Origin: Trichoplax adhaerens | Lineage: Eukaryota; Animalia; Placozoa | Direction of reading: 5' to 3' | DNA: 64,000 nt | Assembly (NCBI RefSeq): GCF_000150275.1 | Contig: NW_002060943.1 | Coordinates: 2,818,462-2,882,461, forward strand | In this document: one piece after another, positions 41,826 to 55,993 of the stretch | Numbering within the stretch: position 1 is the first letter of the stretch | How the letters are laid out: each line of letters starts with the position of its first letter | The notes under the pieces: model-generated | What the model saw: the letters and a program-made list of their open reading frames with translations, nothing else | The model's database searches: none | What the model was told of the DNA's origin: nothing | Program-made: the position numbers and the translations under genes

Positions 41826-44800
41826 ATGGGCACAAGTAAGTAGACATGTAGCAATCCATTTTGCCATCTTATAGCCCATTCTGCATAAAAGTATCGAATA
41901 CAATCATCTTAGCTGTTATACTGATGGATGAATGTTGTCGTTCTATCTACTTTTTTCGCTGTATTGATTCTTTCATGTGGATTATTTTGCCTTGAAATGA
42001 TACTGTTCCTAGCATGGTAACATGCTAGCGCTTTTCTCAATCTGCAACTAATGGAGCATTTGATTGATTATCGTATATGATAATGTTATTCCTTGGCAAC
42101 ACGCTGGATTATATCGAAAAGGAAGAAGCGGAGAGAATCTATTAATACTCGTGATCGATACAAATCCATTAGCATGGCTTCCTTTTGCTGCAGAGGTTCG
42201 ATGAATTGTTATTGCTACTCTCGTACTTTATTCTCTACACTCGCTGCCTTGAACTCTACAAAGGAGCCAAGTGGATGAATGGCGGCGATCAGTAGACGAT
42301 GCTCTATTCATACTTGAATGCTAAGTTTCAACTGTAATGTAGATTTAAATAAACAAATACTTAACCCAAGATTATTAGGTGAAATACTGTAACTGTGTTA
42401 ATATTCATCTTTCTCCATTTCAATTCATCCCCTCATGGATAACTTAGCAATAAGTAATAGCGAGCTAATGAGCATAACTATCGATGCATCATAGATTGCA
42501 ACCGTGGAATGGTGCCTGTAATATGGTAATAATTGTCATTATACTATTACTTATCCCTTATGTACCCCCTTTTACATAGATGGATTTTACAAGGTATATC
42601 GAAAATATAGTAGTCTATATCAACTCTCATTTAATGATGGACCATCGAAATAGCATCGCTGTCATTGCAAGTCATGTCAACAAAAGGTAAGCAACAATCA
42701 GTCTCCATCGATTAAAAGATGGTAATTGATAGATTAAAACTCTTTGAAATATTTCCTGGATGTAATCAAGACAAAAAATAGACGGTAGCCACATTTGACA
42801 ATTATGCATATGCAAATGGACGGTAAATTCGTAGTTTTGAGTAGAGATACAACAATCATGAAATGACACGTTTCATTACTATTTATTATACAAGAATGCG
42901 AAATAATATTGTTGCAAATCAGAATAGAGTAAAACGTAATACGCCTTTTTCAGATAATGCTACATGATGAAAGGTTCCATTTCTATTATAATTATTGAAA
43001 TTGGAATCCGTTGCTACTTAACAGCAGTCCGAGAGGTTTACCGAAACTTTCAATGTCTATTTTTATAGTTGCTACTTGTATTCGCCACACATGGATAATT
43101 GGATTAAAAATACCAACTCTAATAGTACAGTAAATATAGCAAAAGATGGCAGACATGAAGAATTAAGTCATATCAACTACATCATCGAAACTAGAGTGAA
43201 AGAGCTTGTCCAAGAAATGGCCACAGCAGGTAAGAGTTTTATACTGAACCTGCCGTAAACTAGTGTCAATATTATGTAGCTATGGTTTATTTGTTGTATT
43301 AGAGGCAGCTAAGGATACTCTATCCGTAAAATAACTTTGTAACGGATCTACGTTATTCGAAGATTTTGCTAGGATAAATTCTGTTTTGAAAAATTGCGAT
43401 TAAAATTATGATTTTAATGAGCTTTGGTCTGCACTGAAGTACAAGTAGTTCATGATATACAATACAATTAATGGTTAACGAGAAAGAAATTTCGCCAGCT
43501 GCTTATTTCATTGATATATTGTTGATAATTGCAAGTGTAGTAATATATACGTTTGTACTTCGATTTAGGAGAGAACCAATGTACTATCAAATTATCCTCC
43601 GCTCTAAATATGGCACTATGCTGTAAATAGATTCTACTAACAAAACTCTCGACGAAACTTGCATCATTTTGACTGCTCTTGCAATTCTATTATACTGTGC
43701 CATGCATAAATTTACTACTAAATGATTCGTGTAATTCATTTCTAACTTCTGAGATGCTTATCGAACTTTAAAGCCTAAATTCTTTCTTTTTATAGACATT
43801 CATAATCACGTCGATCAAGATCTTAGTAAGTATTATCGCAGAAAAAAAAGATATGCGTATAACTGTCGTTCATGGTGTCATATTTCAAAGTCAAAGTAGG
43901 CTACAATGCAAGTAAAGAATCATTTTTATTACAATGCAGGGAACAAAGGTCAAGCGAAATCTAGAATTTTAGTTATAAAATGCACCCCTGACACATCGTT
44001 TCAATATTTACCTATCATGAACTGCATATTTACAGCTCAAAAATACGTTAGTATGCGTTTGTTTATGAGTTATATTACGAGCAATGTTATTTCCAGCAGT
44101 CGTTATTAACTTTAACTTGTATTTCACGTACAACGAAAAAATGCTCTTCAAATTCTTACCATCACCGTTATTCTAGAATGTTCCTATCGATGCATGTGTT
44201 ATAGAGAAAGATTCAGGATTCCTGCAGCAGGTTTTAAATTATTTCAATATCATGCTTCTTTGTAAAATCTGAACTGTATCTGAATATCTAATATCTTCCA
44301 CTATCAAATACAAATATGATAGGCATGCGATATAACTGGTGGAATTTACCTGAAATTACAATCACCGTCTGGTTTACTTCAGTACCTTCTGGTATGTAGA
44401 ATGAACGTGTTCTTCGCAGGATATCATAATGTATTGGTCTCGTGAGCTCTATGATCTGAAGAATGTACACTCCTTAATAAGCTTGATTCAATCTTTTAGA
44501 CTGCATTCTTACCAAATCAATCGATGCGAGAAACCCTAATATTACCTCCAAAGGCTAAAGTAGACTATCGTGCTGCGTGCTTTTGTCATAGAGAATTGAT
44601 TGAAATTGGATATATTTGTTCAGTCTGTCTATCTAGTAAGAATTTAATATCAGTAGAAAGATATTAATGCCTAGCAAGACTTGAATGTATAATATATTGT
44701 ATATCCTTCTTTTCACCAACAGTTTCTTGCAAGTTTGTACCTGTTTGCCCTACTTGCCAGTAAGTTCACAATAATAATATATACTACAAATTGAACTTGC

Positions 44801-44877
44801 TTTAAAAATAAACAAAAAATTATTTTTATAGGACACATTTTACCTTACGCATAGCTAAGAAGAAAAAGAAAGCGTAA
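41826..44877 (+). CDS. GTF2H3: TFIIH subunit p34 (Tfb4), multi-exon
   Basis: GCCACCATGG start; [15 protein letters not shown]; [20 protein letters not shown]; [13 protein letters not shown]; [25 protein letters not shown]; [15 protein letters not shown]-terminal zinc finger [38 protein letters not shown]; stop 44875-44877. Confidence 0.96.
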
Positions 44878-46387
44878 TAACGCGGTTACTGGACACCTTG
44901 TAAAGTAGCTTGTAAATAATCTAACGACAAGTAACGCTTATGATGTAACTACAGAAAGAACCCTTATCATTTACCTAATTTATACATGTCGAACTTGAAA
45001 TCTGTTATCTAGTAAAGAGTTTCTGATACTATTTGTTACATGAAGCCATGTTTTGTATGATACATTTACTATTGTAATAAATAACATAATATCTACCTTA
45101 CTCTAACGAGACAGTATCCGAATCTATAGCTATATTTCTGCTAAACAAACGTAAACAACTCTACCTTGAAACATCTTATCCGCACAGATTTTCTAGTAAC
45201 ATGGGTTACAAAACTATCATTTCTTTGACTTCCGAGAAATGATAGCGATAGTAAATCGAATAAAATTGTTCACGTTAATTTAAATTATCGAGTAAGGATC
45301 TCTGACTTCGATATTAAATCTATATATCGATACAGAATATACGCGCATATACTGGTATATCATATTCGCACGTGCTTCTTAACAATTTCTTGCCAATAAT
45401 GAGTGTCAAAGTTGGTATTATTCTACTTTCATGCACGTGAAGTATAAACAAACATCTTTTTCACTACTACTTGACATTTATAAAACTATTAGTTATGAAG
45501 AACTGATAAATTTTTAATAAATTCAGATCTGAATTTAATCTCCTTACATTTGATTATTTCATATTAAGGATTTGTGTGTACAGTAAATACCGTTGCCGAT
45601 CATTAAACACTACTAAAAGGCTAGGCATTATATGTAAGTATCATAACAATAGTCTCTCCCTCTTATAAGAATTATGGCAATCCAATAGGACATAGCATCT
45701 ACGAACATAAAAATGAGCTAAAGCCGAAATTGTAGACTCTAAACGGTCTAGATATTAAATTTTTCGGGATAGTATTAGTATCGCATGCGCTATGCATTTA
45801 AAAGAGAGTAGCGTCGAAAACGATGCCAGCCGAAAATGTTTATTGAAACTTGCTTATGAATTTAGAGAGTATGTTAAATTTTTTAAATGAAACTTCATCA
45901 AGTGAGTGCCTTTATATTAAACAAAACTGACCTGAGTCGCTATCGCAAGCTATACAATCTAAAGATTAAGCTTCGTATGAAACTATTTCACATCACTCAG
46001 TTGAAAGATAGAAAGGTTTGAAATTGATGCCGGTACAGGATATGATTTATTGAAACTTGTTTATCAAATTCAAGACAATATTACGCATGGAATGACATTT
46101 CAATTACTAAGACACATTGGTTATTCATTTTTTAATCGATAGCTTAGAATCTAAACTATCAACTGATAAAGAACTTTATCATTCTTCTATTCTACTTTCT
46201 CTATTATTTTGTTTAGATTTGCTTTTCAACTAATCATAATTTCATATCATCATATTGGAAAAGATAATTCAATAAACAATCTATTTATTAATGATGTTAT
46301 AAATAAATTTGATCTAAATCGGAAAATGTTATTTTTTCTAGATAGATTGATCAGCATATTAACATCAAATTACCATTAATAGACTGA

Positions 46388-46666
46388 CTAGCAATGGATT
46401 TGCTCATAAAAACAGACGCCAGAGTTATTTTCAGTTGGTAAGGCACAAATTGCAGGAACAGTATAGCATTCATAGCCCGTACAACAGTCCAAATGTGATT
46501 GACAAGATAATGGATTAATACAACGCTGTTCTTTATTTTCAATTAGGGATCGAAACCAATCATTTAGTAGTACTCTGTCGGTCCTCTTGCTGTTGCCAGG
46601 CATAGCCAAGACTGATGATGTCAGTGTAAGGATACAAATCATCAAAATTAGTGATTGGATTTTCAT
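46388..46666 (-). CDS. Secreted cysteine-rich (knottin-like) prepropeptide 1, 92 aa, intronless
   Basis: Hydrophobic signal (MKIQSLILMICILTLTSSVLA), propeptide ending EQR, mature 44 aa C-x5-C-x5-CC-x4-C-x6-C-x10-C-x6-C. Paralog at 55994; TATA upstream; AATAAA ~100 nt downstream of the stop (46284-46289, minus strand). Confidence 0.88.
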   Translation of the reverse strand: MKIQSLILMICILTLTSSVLAMPGNSKRTDRVLLNDWFRSLIENKEQRCINPLSCQSHLDCCTGYECYTVPAICALPTENNSGVCFYEQIHC

Positions 46667-46757
46667 CTTGCAGTTATAGGCACCAAGGTAATAGTAGATT
46701 GAGAGTTTCCAAAAGATTAAGATTCCCTAATATCAACAGTCCAACCAGATCTGATGA

Positions 46758-46765
46758 TATTTATA
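46758..46765 (-). promoter_or_regulatory. TATA box (TATAAATA) of peptide gene 1
   Basis: GGTATAAATAT on the minus strand ~92 bp upstream of the ATG; matched by a TATA box in the paralog. Confidence 0.6.
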
Positions 46766-49700
46766 CCTTCTTCGTACATGCTTTGTTGATACAGCAATGC
46801 CACAAGGCGTTGCAGCAGTTCGCATGTTGACAATTGGAATGCATTATTTTCAGAATCAAGGAATCAATTCTTTTTATGGAATTGCCATTGTACAGTAAAT
46901 ACCTATAAAATTGCGTTGAATCATTTCTATTTTCAATCTGTTATAAAATAATAGCAAAATTATATAACCAAGACAAAAAATTAGCCATGCTATTAATAAG
47001 TGCTTTAGTGGCTGGATCATCAATAATGAATATCTATCATATGTTTAATTTTAATTATTGCCTCATTTTAGTTCATCAAACGTGTTTTAGATCATCGTTG
47101 AGAGCGATTGTATGATCAGCAGATTAAAGCGAATCATAATGCTTGAAATGAATCGATCTCAGCTATAAAATAAATGGTGTAAAATAAATTTTTGGTTTAC
47201 TACGCAGTAAACTAGCTACACCAATAATTGCTATATCTCCACAGCTTTGGTGTACATTTGAATAATTGATTGACACAGATATATGCACGCACACGAATTA
47301 AAATAGTTTATGCCCAAATAAGTTCGACATAATAATGTTATAATTTATTGCACTTTAGAATGAATTATTGTAATGTGTAACAATATAAACAAGTTGCCTT
47401 TGCTACATTACAGTATTCTTAGCAACCGCATTATCTTCCATTATAATATTCGATATCCATAGGTATGTGTTATGTAAGACTGCATGTATTTGTAGATTTA
47501 TTGATTTAACGATAACAATATCTCTGTCCATCTAGCTACCTAATAAATTTACTGACGTCAATAGCACAAAGGTAGATAAAGGTGAAGAGATTAAATAAAA
47601 GCGATCGTGCATAATTAATTAATGATATTTCTTCAGAATGATGTCAAATTACTAGCGTTAATCTCTACCCGAATGATAGACGAACTAGGCTGCAATCGAT
47701 AAGGTCGATCACTTTATAGACTTAAGGCTCGATAAATTGTCTCACCCACGCCTTTCAATTCTAATCTCATTTTAAATTTATAGACATTATTAAGACAAAA
47801 CAAGTAAAATTTCATTTCGTCAATGAAATGATAACCATGTTTTGTACAAGAGAATTGTTTGCCTGCTAGAAGATAGGATGAATAATCCATCTTCTATAAC
47901 GAGAAAGTAGGAAATATAAAGTAATTTTCGCAACTATCACCCTTTACTATGATCTATCTATCTAGAAGAATTTAAATTAGTATAAATAAAGAAGCAAATT
48001 ATTTGATACATTAATTATCCATAATCCAATTGTACATTAGTGCGGTCACTGATACAATATCGTTAATGATTAGATAGATAGACAACTTTACCGAAAGTAA
48101 AACCTATACTGTTACAATCTGCTCGCATGATTAGGTATTGAAATAATTATGTATAATCCAATATAGAGGGTTGTCAAGGAAAAATATTCGCGTATAATAT
48201 CTAGCAATGATATTCTATTTCGAGAAAAATGAGAAGGAGAATTAGAAAATAGGTAAAAATTGTTAGTCTCTATAAAAAATTGTTCTTTCGTAACTGCACA
48301 GCCTCTACGACAAATGCTTATACGTAGAACGGAGAGTATGTTTCTATATATAAATTCCTAGACTGACGTCCAGGAAGCAATTTAATTTTCTGGTAAACAA
48401 TACAATATCTCATTCTTGCTTTTAGATTTAATAAAACACACTGCAAATCTAAGGTCATCAAGTCTATATCGCGACAAACTCACCAAAATATTCACAATAA
48501 CAAACTTAAAACTATAAATTGACAATTCAGACATATCTTGAAGATGGATAGGATTGTCAATAATCATTTTGGCTTTAATATAGAAAATGAAATCGAAGTC
48601 TATAACCCGAATTCGGTATAAAAGCGTATAGAAGTTTCAATAAATTAATTGAATCATCCTCTGCCAATACTTTCATTATTCTATGCTTCTATAAACAATA
48701 AATCTTTCATGAAATTATACCAGCGCAGCATGCATTATAATCATTAAAAGTAACATTTCCCCAGGTAGTCTTTCCTATGATATCACAGTCTAGTCATTTC
48801 GAGCTGTCATAGCTGATTTTAAAAGTCTAATACATTCTAGCGGATTGCATAATATTTCTAATGGCCGTCTATTTACTTCAAACCGATAAATTGGTGCTAA
48901 CAGATCGTGCTTTTTAATTAAGGCTGTGACATCATAAACAGCTTGACATAAAATCTGTTGCCGATAGTTCTAATTTACTAACTTTTGCTTATGATTACCA
49001 GCCTTTATTTCATGCTGTTACGTCATAGCAGCTTAATAGTTTTGTCTGAGTAATTATTTTAGCTTGCCTAAATAATCATGCTTATGATATAACCATTATT
49101 CTACATTATCATTCATCTTACATCTTTGATTAGATGTTCATATAAGGTATTCTTGATATTAAAAATTCAATACCAAAATGAAAAAACAATGGAATCATCA
49201 ACGAATACATAATAAGCTGATGTATTCGACAAAGTAATAGTTAATAGAATTATCAGTATACCGTATGTTGGATATAATCATCGAAGTCTAATGCATTCCT
49301 TTTGATACATCTTTACCTACTCATTGATACACTTAAATTAATTCTATGGTTAACCATTATTTATAACGCCATACTGAAGATTATTACCTATGCTGATAAA
49401 AGACTTTTTTAATATACTATTGTTGTATGCAACTGCACTTAATTAAATTCTAAGATTATCGATAATCCAAGAAACCAGTGCTAAAGAGAATTATTACCTA
49501 TCTTGATTGAAGTACATTCCCGAAAAAATAATTTTTATAATACCCATTCTCGAATAGAAAGCCTCCTACATCCATTTTTACATTCTTGTAATTGTTCTAT
49601 CTTAATTGTGGGATTAATCTTAATCTATCAATGCTAGAGAAACCGTTTATTACTCAAGAAAAGAGTGCTGAAACACGGAATATTAAAATGGCTGACGATA

Positions 49701-52700
49701 ATTTTAAGTACCCATATAGACTAAATCACTTCCCTGATATACCTTTCGTAATACCGATATCGATTGGAGAGCCTTCACCACCCATTCTCATATTCGAATT
49801 GTTAATACAGTAATTTAACTGTATGATCAATCTTAATGAAATGTAATACCCGTGGTGATTAGAAAATCATCATCATTCACATTCGAGTAAATATTAAGTT
49901 AATTGTATGATCAATCTTAGTATAAAGTAAGAGTACCGGAGATAATTATTTTAATAGCCAGATGCCTATGTTTATAAGCACATCGCTTGATACGCTTTTC
50001 ACCTTTATATACGTACGCTTACTATTATTATATGATCTGTCATGATCTAAAAATTGAGTGTTGGAGATAGTTGTTACCTGTATTGATTAAAGTTCTTTCC
50101 TAATTCATTTTTATAATGCTCATATTGATTGAAAAACCTTCTTCACACACATTTTATATTTCTAGGAGTGTTTTAAGTTAACTATTTGAGCAGTTGCAAT
50201 AACAATACGAGTACTAAATATAATTATTACTCTCGCAAACTGAAAAAACACATAAAATTAATTCGTCCAATCTAGGACTGGCTAATATTTCGATTGCAAG
50301 ACTTAATCTCGATGCGCTCAATACGGTAATATATAACACGTAAGATCGATGTAAGATCTCAAGAAAATGTATATGAGTATATCATAGATTATAAGTTATC
50401 AAAATATCAGTAAATCGTAATCTCTGCCCTTAATAACAAATATCACAATTGCAATCTATATTAATATTAACGAATATTCTTTTATCATAAGTTTGGACTT
50501 TATACTCCAGCTTGACGTTAACATGGGTTATATAAACTGTATTAAAATCAACAATTAAAAAACTAACAAAAGTATACAGTAATGACACCATATTCTAGCA
50601 TCCTAATACATAGAATAAGATTAATAAAAACTAGTATCTAATTCGAACATGGATTATCAGCAATGGTATTTATTTTCATAGCAATATTGATATTTCAAGC
50701 GCTATTTGTTAATAATATTAAATATATTGTTAAAATGGTGTAACAGGCTAGTCATAGTCGATTTTCGTTTTATCGAATAATCTTGTCGATCAATATCTAC
50801 ATTCTACCAGAACAAGAGTCAAAAATAAGAATATAATGTCATTAATTCAGCTAGTACGGTTCGTAATATTAATTACAATGTCATTCATGTACGGCACTGA
50901 ATTCTTTCTAATAAAATTTGAAAGATATTGTACCTTATATCAATTATTAATATGGACTAGAAAGAAGCGCAATAGGGGCTATGTAAGCAAGTACTAGGAA
51001 ATAACTAACATAATAATACTTATTTTAAATTCTAACATTAAGAAATACTAATTCCAGCTGTAATATTATCTAAAGTGTCAATAGAGATTAGAACAAGAAT
51101 AATATGAGCTTTAAAAGCGAGCACGAGAAACAGCTGATATACCAATATTTATTTTAACTTTTACCCTTAAAAGAATTCCAATTCCAGCTATAATGTGATC
51201 TGATGCACGTTTTAAATATATCCGTAATATGCTAATGAGAAATAGAGCGATTATGCACAGTTATGTAATATTCTATTTTACAAAAAAATTAAGTCTCATA
51301 TTTACCATTTCACTTCAACACTTCTTTGCAATTATATAATGATGTAATTCCATTCTTGAATTATTACAGTACTTATAAAACTAAGATCCACATCAACCGT
51401 TTCATTTTTAGATTCCTTTGCAATTCTATGATGATGTAATACCATCTATGAATCACTACAATACATTACATAAGCTAGATATAAAATTAAATAGTAGATC
51501 TTAATCCGGAAATGTCAATATTTAGTACAGTATTTGTCTTCATTACAATCGTAAACGAAAATTAAGCGATAGTAACTGCGTATTTTTTCTTATAATGATT
51601 ATAGTTAGTGTTTGCCATATTCATTTAAATATGATAGACATTATCCTGCCTGGATAATTAATCTAGCGAGCACATATATTACGTACTATTTGCATATGCT
51701 CGTAACACCATCAATTTTCGAACTCTTTCCAATCATTTCAATTATTACAATCAAAATAAGTTAAAAATCTTGTCCGTGAGAGAGAATTTCAATAGTTTTA
51801 AATCTATTGAGCCTCAAATCTCATCAACAAGTAATAATCTGAATTGAATGATCATAGAGGTAGATTTTTAGACAGAAAATGATAAAAGTAAATGAAAGTT
51901 CGCATTGTAAAACAGCAAGTTTGCTCAAAATCAGTCATCGATAAGTTATAGAAAAAAATAAAATAAATGATTAATTGTAAACCTAGTTATAATTCAAGCT
52001 AAAATAAGCAACAGGGATTAATTCAATAACGCAGAAATAAGTTTGCTGGGCGTAAACGAAGAGTATTTCAAATTAACGAAAAAATTTTTCGAAAACACAC
52101 CTGGCCGAATCGGATCTAATTAATTAGTGAGAGTAATCAGCTTCTAGCGATCCTTGCTGTGTCTTACTGAGTTAATGAAGTTGTACTATTTGGGAAGTTG
52201 TCCAGTGTTATAATTGAGGCATTCTACAAATCTTCTTCACATCATACAACGAGTAAATTTGACATTACTGTTGATAGAAGTTAGGTAAATCAGGATGCAT
52301 CCTATGCTACACTTAATCATAGATTATTTTTTGTACAGGTATTTATTCAAAGCTTCTTTCAGGTTTAACTATTACTCGACTAACTAGCTAACTTTCAAAT
52401 ATCCTTTTCCGTCCTCGACATGTAAAATGTTGCAAATTTAAACAGAGATTGTAAAAAAATCAAAATCAAGACCTCCCTGAGGATAAAAATGTTTAAGCCA
52501 GTTTTTCATCACGCTAAACAATATGTCGAAATATAGGACAATGTAACATCTAAAATGAAATTTACCAAGGGTGCGTAGTTACAGAAAGCAAAAAAGTATA
52601 ATTTGAAGTACAAAACTAAGTACATAGACGTACAGTATTAAAATTTATTAACATGCTGTTATTTAGATTTAATTGAACAAAACAAGTTTAGTAAAATTCA

Positions 52701-53064
52701 GTTTCGCTTAGCATACCGGATATGATATGATGTTAAAGTAGCCCTTTAATCCTAATATGTCGGTAACTATTTTTGTGAAACCGTCCGATCTCTACAGCTG
52801 CAGCCCAAATACAGAATGATCCAAGTCTACTTAGACTTTGACTTTGAAATGCTATTAGAAATGCGCCATCAAGTCCAGTAGATGAATGAAATCTTCAAAT
52901 ATTGTATCCATTTGATCATTGAAGACAGATTTTTAAGCTAGAATAAACCTATTTCTCAGAAGCAGCCGCAGTTTAATGACTGAATGTAGGGATTACTGAA
53001 GACATCAGGGTATGTAACAGTATCAAAATTAATTAAAGGTCTGCTCTAATACCCTTTTAAATCA

Positions 53065-53201
53065 GATATTATTAGAATTAAAGACCCGTTTTAGATATCA
53101 TATCAAATCCTGATATTATTAGAATTAAAGGCCCATTTTAATGTCATATCAAATCCGATAGTATTAGAATTAAAGGCCCATTTTAATACCATATCCTATC
53201 C
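53065..53201. repeat. Minisatellite, 45-47 bp x3
   Basis: gata.tattagaattaaag.ccc.tttta..t.catatc.aatcc starting at 53065, 53112 and 53157. Confidence 0.85.
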
Positions 53202-54544
53202 ATGTCTTTAATAGGTGCCGTATTAATCTACCATCAGATTACAGATAGTGTGAAAAGATTCTCTCAAACATGAGCGAGAAAATCACCTAAGCCAAATAAA
53301 AGCTGTTGTTAAATTACAATCAAATCAAATGTTATTAAAATAAAGTTAAAGTTGATTTGAAACAGTGTTACGGTAATTTTAGGTCACAATAATATCTTAC
53401 TGTATACATAAATACCGCATTAATTAAAAGCGGCAGAACCTTTTATAGTCCAACAGATTAGGGAAGAGATTTATTTTGTATGTGCGAAGGGTTTACTAGC
53501 CTTTATAATTGTCTAGTATTAAACAGGGTATGCATGCAAGCAGAATAGCATTATTATGATATCCAAAAGAGATCAAGACTGAAGGTAGCAATAAGTTATG
53601 GGTGTGAAAGAGTTCTGTTGATTCCTTGGAATAGTATCAAGAAATTTATAAATAAAGGCAGGATACAGTATCCGATACTCACAGATATGAGTCTTATATG
53701 ACCGTCAAATTGATGAAAGTAACCACATCTTATCCTTCAAAGTTTAAAAAATTGTCAGAATCATTTGATATAAAATTTTATGATATATGTAACAAGATTA
53801 AATAATGCAGCAATAACGAGTAAATAAGATAGGCAATTAGGTCAAGAGAATGTAGCTTTACGTAGAGGAATATCAACAGCATGAATAACATGACGATTTG
53901 AGGCTGTAGCTATTGCAGATGCATAACATACGTTAAAGTATATTAAATAATAAATTTACAATGTGTGGATGTTTATATCGTTACAATAATAAATTAATTA
54001 TTGCTACTAAATGTTATTTGCAGGCATTTTCATTTTATTTATGATTACGAACTGCTTTCTCAATATTAAGACTTGTATAAGCTTATTGTGATTAATTATC
54101 GTTCTATCGAGGTGTAGCATTAATTATCAGAACACTGCAGTAACATAAACTTATCAGAAGGGTCCTAATATTATTTAATCTAACTTGGAATGGTGTTTTT
54201 TAGCTTCATCACGACGGCATAAAAGAAACATGTAGCCAGTTCTTCACGCGTGCGGCTAATATTAGGATATTGCTAATTCTTTACATAAAGGAATTAATAG
54301 AATAGCAGCACAACGGTAGCGGTTTCGAGTGCAATATGATTGTTTGAATAACTTTCCTGTTTAAGTGTAGCAAGATTTATGTCTTGGACTTGGCAGCATA
54401 TTGTCATTAGTTTATAACATGTCAATACTGATACTCTTTACTATAAAATTACCATAATGAGCGCCACTGCGATCAGATTATTTAATCAGGATGTTTTCAA
54501 TTACTATATTAAAGTTGGAGTATTGTTAACTATTTTCGCACTTA

Positions 54545-55130
54545 CATACATGGTATTGCAATGAAGGCAAATGCTTATTTGGATATTCCATTGGCGATTG
54601 ATACTAATGCATTAAGCCCTAAGTGAATCTTAAATATAGCCACAGATAAAGTCTAAATATCTTCAACTATTTCCCATTAATATACATAGCATTGCAATGA
54701 AGATAACTACTTATTTGAAGATTCTATTCAGAGATCGATATAAATTTATAAGTCCTAAATAAATATTAAATATAGCTATCACGGCTAAAGCCCAAATTAA
54801 GAGTGAAATCTTTTGAATTTCGAGCTTTAGATCGCTACGCAATTGCCTTTAAGTGCAATGTTGATCATATTCAACCATTTTATTGCGCTACGGAAAAGTT
54901 TAATTACATTGCATATCTGAAAAGAACTAATCAAGTATTTTAAGGAAGATAACTACTTATTAGGATGTTCTATTTATAGATTGATATTCGTAAGCAAAGC
55001 CCTAAATGAATCTTAAATATAAGTATATATACAGCGCAAGTATCTTTAACTGCTTTTTAGTTTACAATTCGTTATTATTGCTATGAAGAGGACTACTTTT
55101 CTTATTTGGATGTTCTATTTAGAGATTGGG
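54545..55130. repeat. Degenerate repeat, 4 partial copies (~135-bp spacing) upstream of peptide gene 2
   Basis: ttgcaatgaag..act.cttatt.gga..ttctatt..agat.gata..aag.cctaa.tgaatcttaaatata at ~54545, 54682, 54944 and 55078. Confidence 0.7.
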
Positions 55131-55869
55131 ATTCATTCATAAACGAACCTTAAGCTTAGTCAATACTTCTGGAGCACTTCATAAATGATAGCAAGCTAAG
55201 ATTCAAAATATAAAGTATTCGATGTAAGGAAAAATCGCTTCAAGATTTATCATGTAGTCCTAATTTAAAAAAAACACTTAATAAAATATATCCGCTTGAT
55301 TATATTAAGTCCTATTAACAAAACGGCAACAATACTATTATCACAGATGATTTGCAAAGCTAGCGGTAGTGTTTTGTGTTTTCAACGCTTTTCATTTCTC
55401 AATACTATAAGACACCATGCTACCAATAACAATCGATATAAAGGCAATTTCATTCTGTAATAAATGATATTATTTACGATATCAAAATATGTCTAATACT
55501 GACTTTTCTGTTCATGAGATGATCAATAATTCAGTAACTGAGTCAATCCTAGTAGCTACACTGCTACCTCAATCATTCGAATTTTACAGAAATTTTCAAT
55601 CATTGCAAAATTATCCAGTAATCTGTACATTGTTGATCGTGAGAGGAATAGTTTTCGTACCTCTGCAGTTAGTGACTGTGTATCGCAAATGCTATAAATT
55701 CAATGGACTCTCTCTTGTAGTAACTAGTATCGGTAGTATTTAGATAATACACAAGTGAACTGCTATTTGATTTTAGATTATTATTTATTTACAGCTCTTG
55801 ATTAAGGAGTTATTGATCGAAAAAAATTTCCGTGTACTATTTTAGAATATCGTCATTGGTATGGAAAAG

Positions 55870-55879
55870 TATATAAAAG
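55870..55879 (+). promoter_or_regulatory. TATA box (TATATAAAAG) of peptide gene 2
   Basis: Consensus TATA ~115 bp upstream of ATG 55994. Confidence 0.62.
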
Positions 55880-55993
55880 AAGTTGAAATTAGCAAAAAAT
55901 TGTGTACCATTGCCGACTTGGATGCAATCTGCAAGAAATTTGAAATCACTTTTTTCCTCCTATTGCGTTTGAAGTACTTAGCTATTTCCAATC

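Noticed and set aside
51322-51465. Two ~50-bp diverged direct repeats (similar pairs at ~45822/46026 and ~49788/49877)
   Set aside because: Short, AT-rich local duplications with no evidence of function.
53065-53201. CRISPR-like interpretation of the short repeat arrays
   Set aside because: Units are contiguous with no unique spacers, the context is eukaryotic and there are no cas genes.
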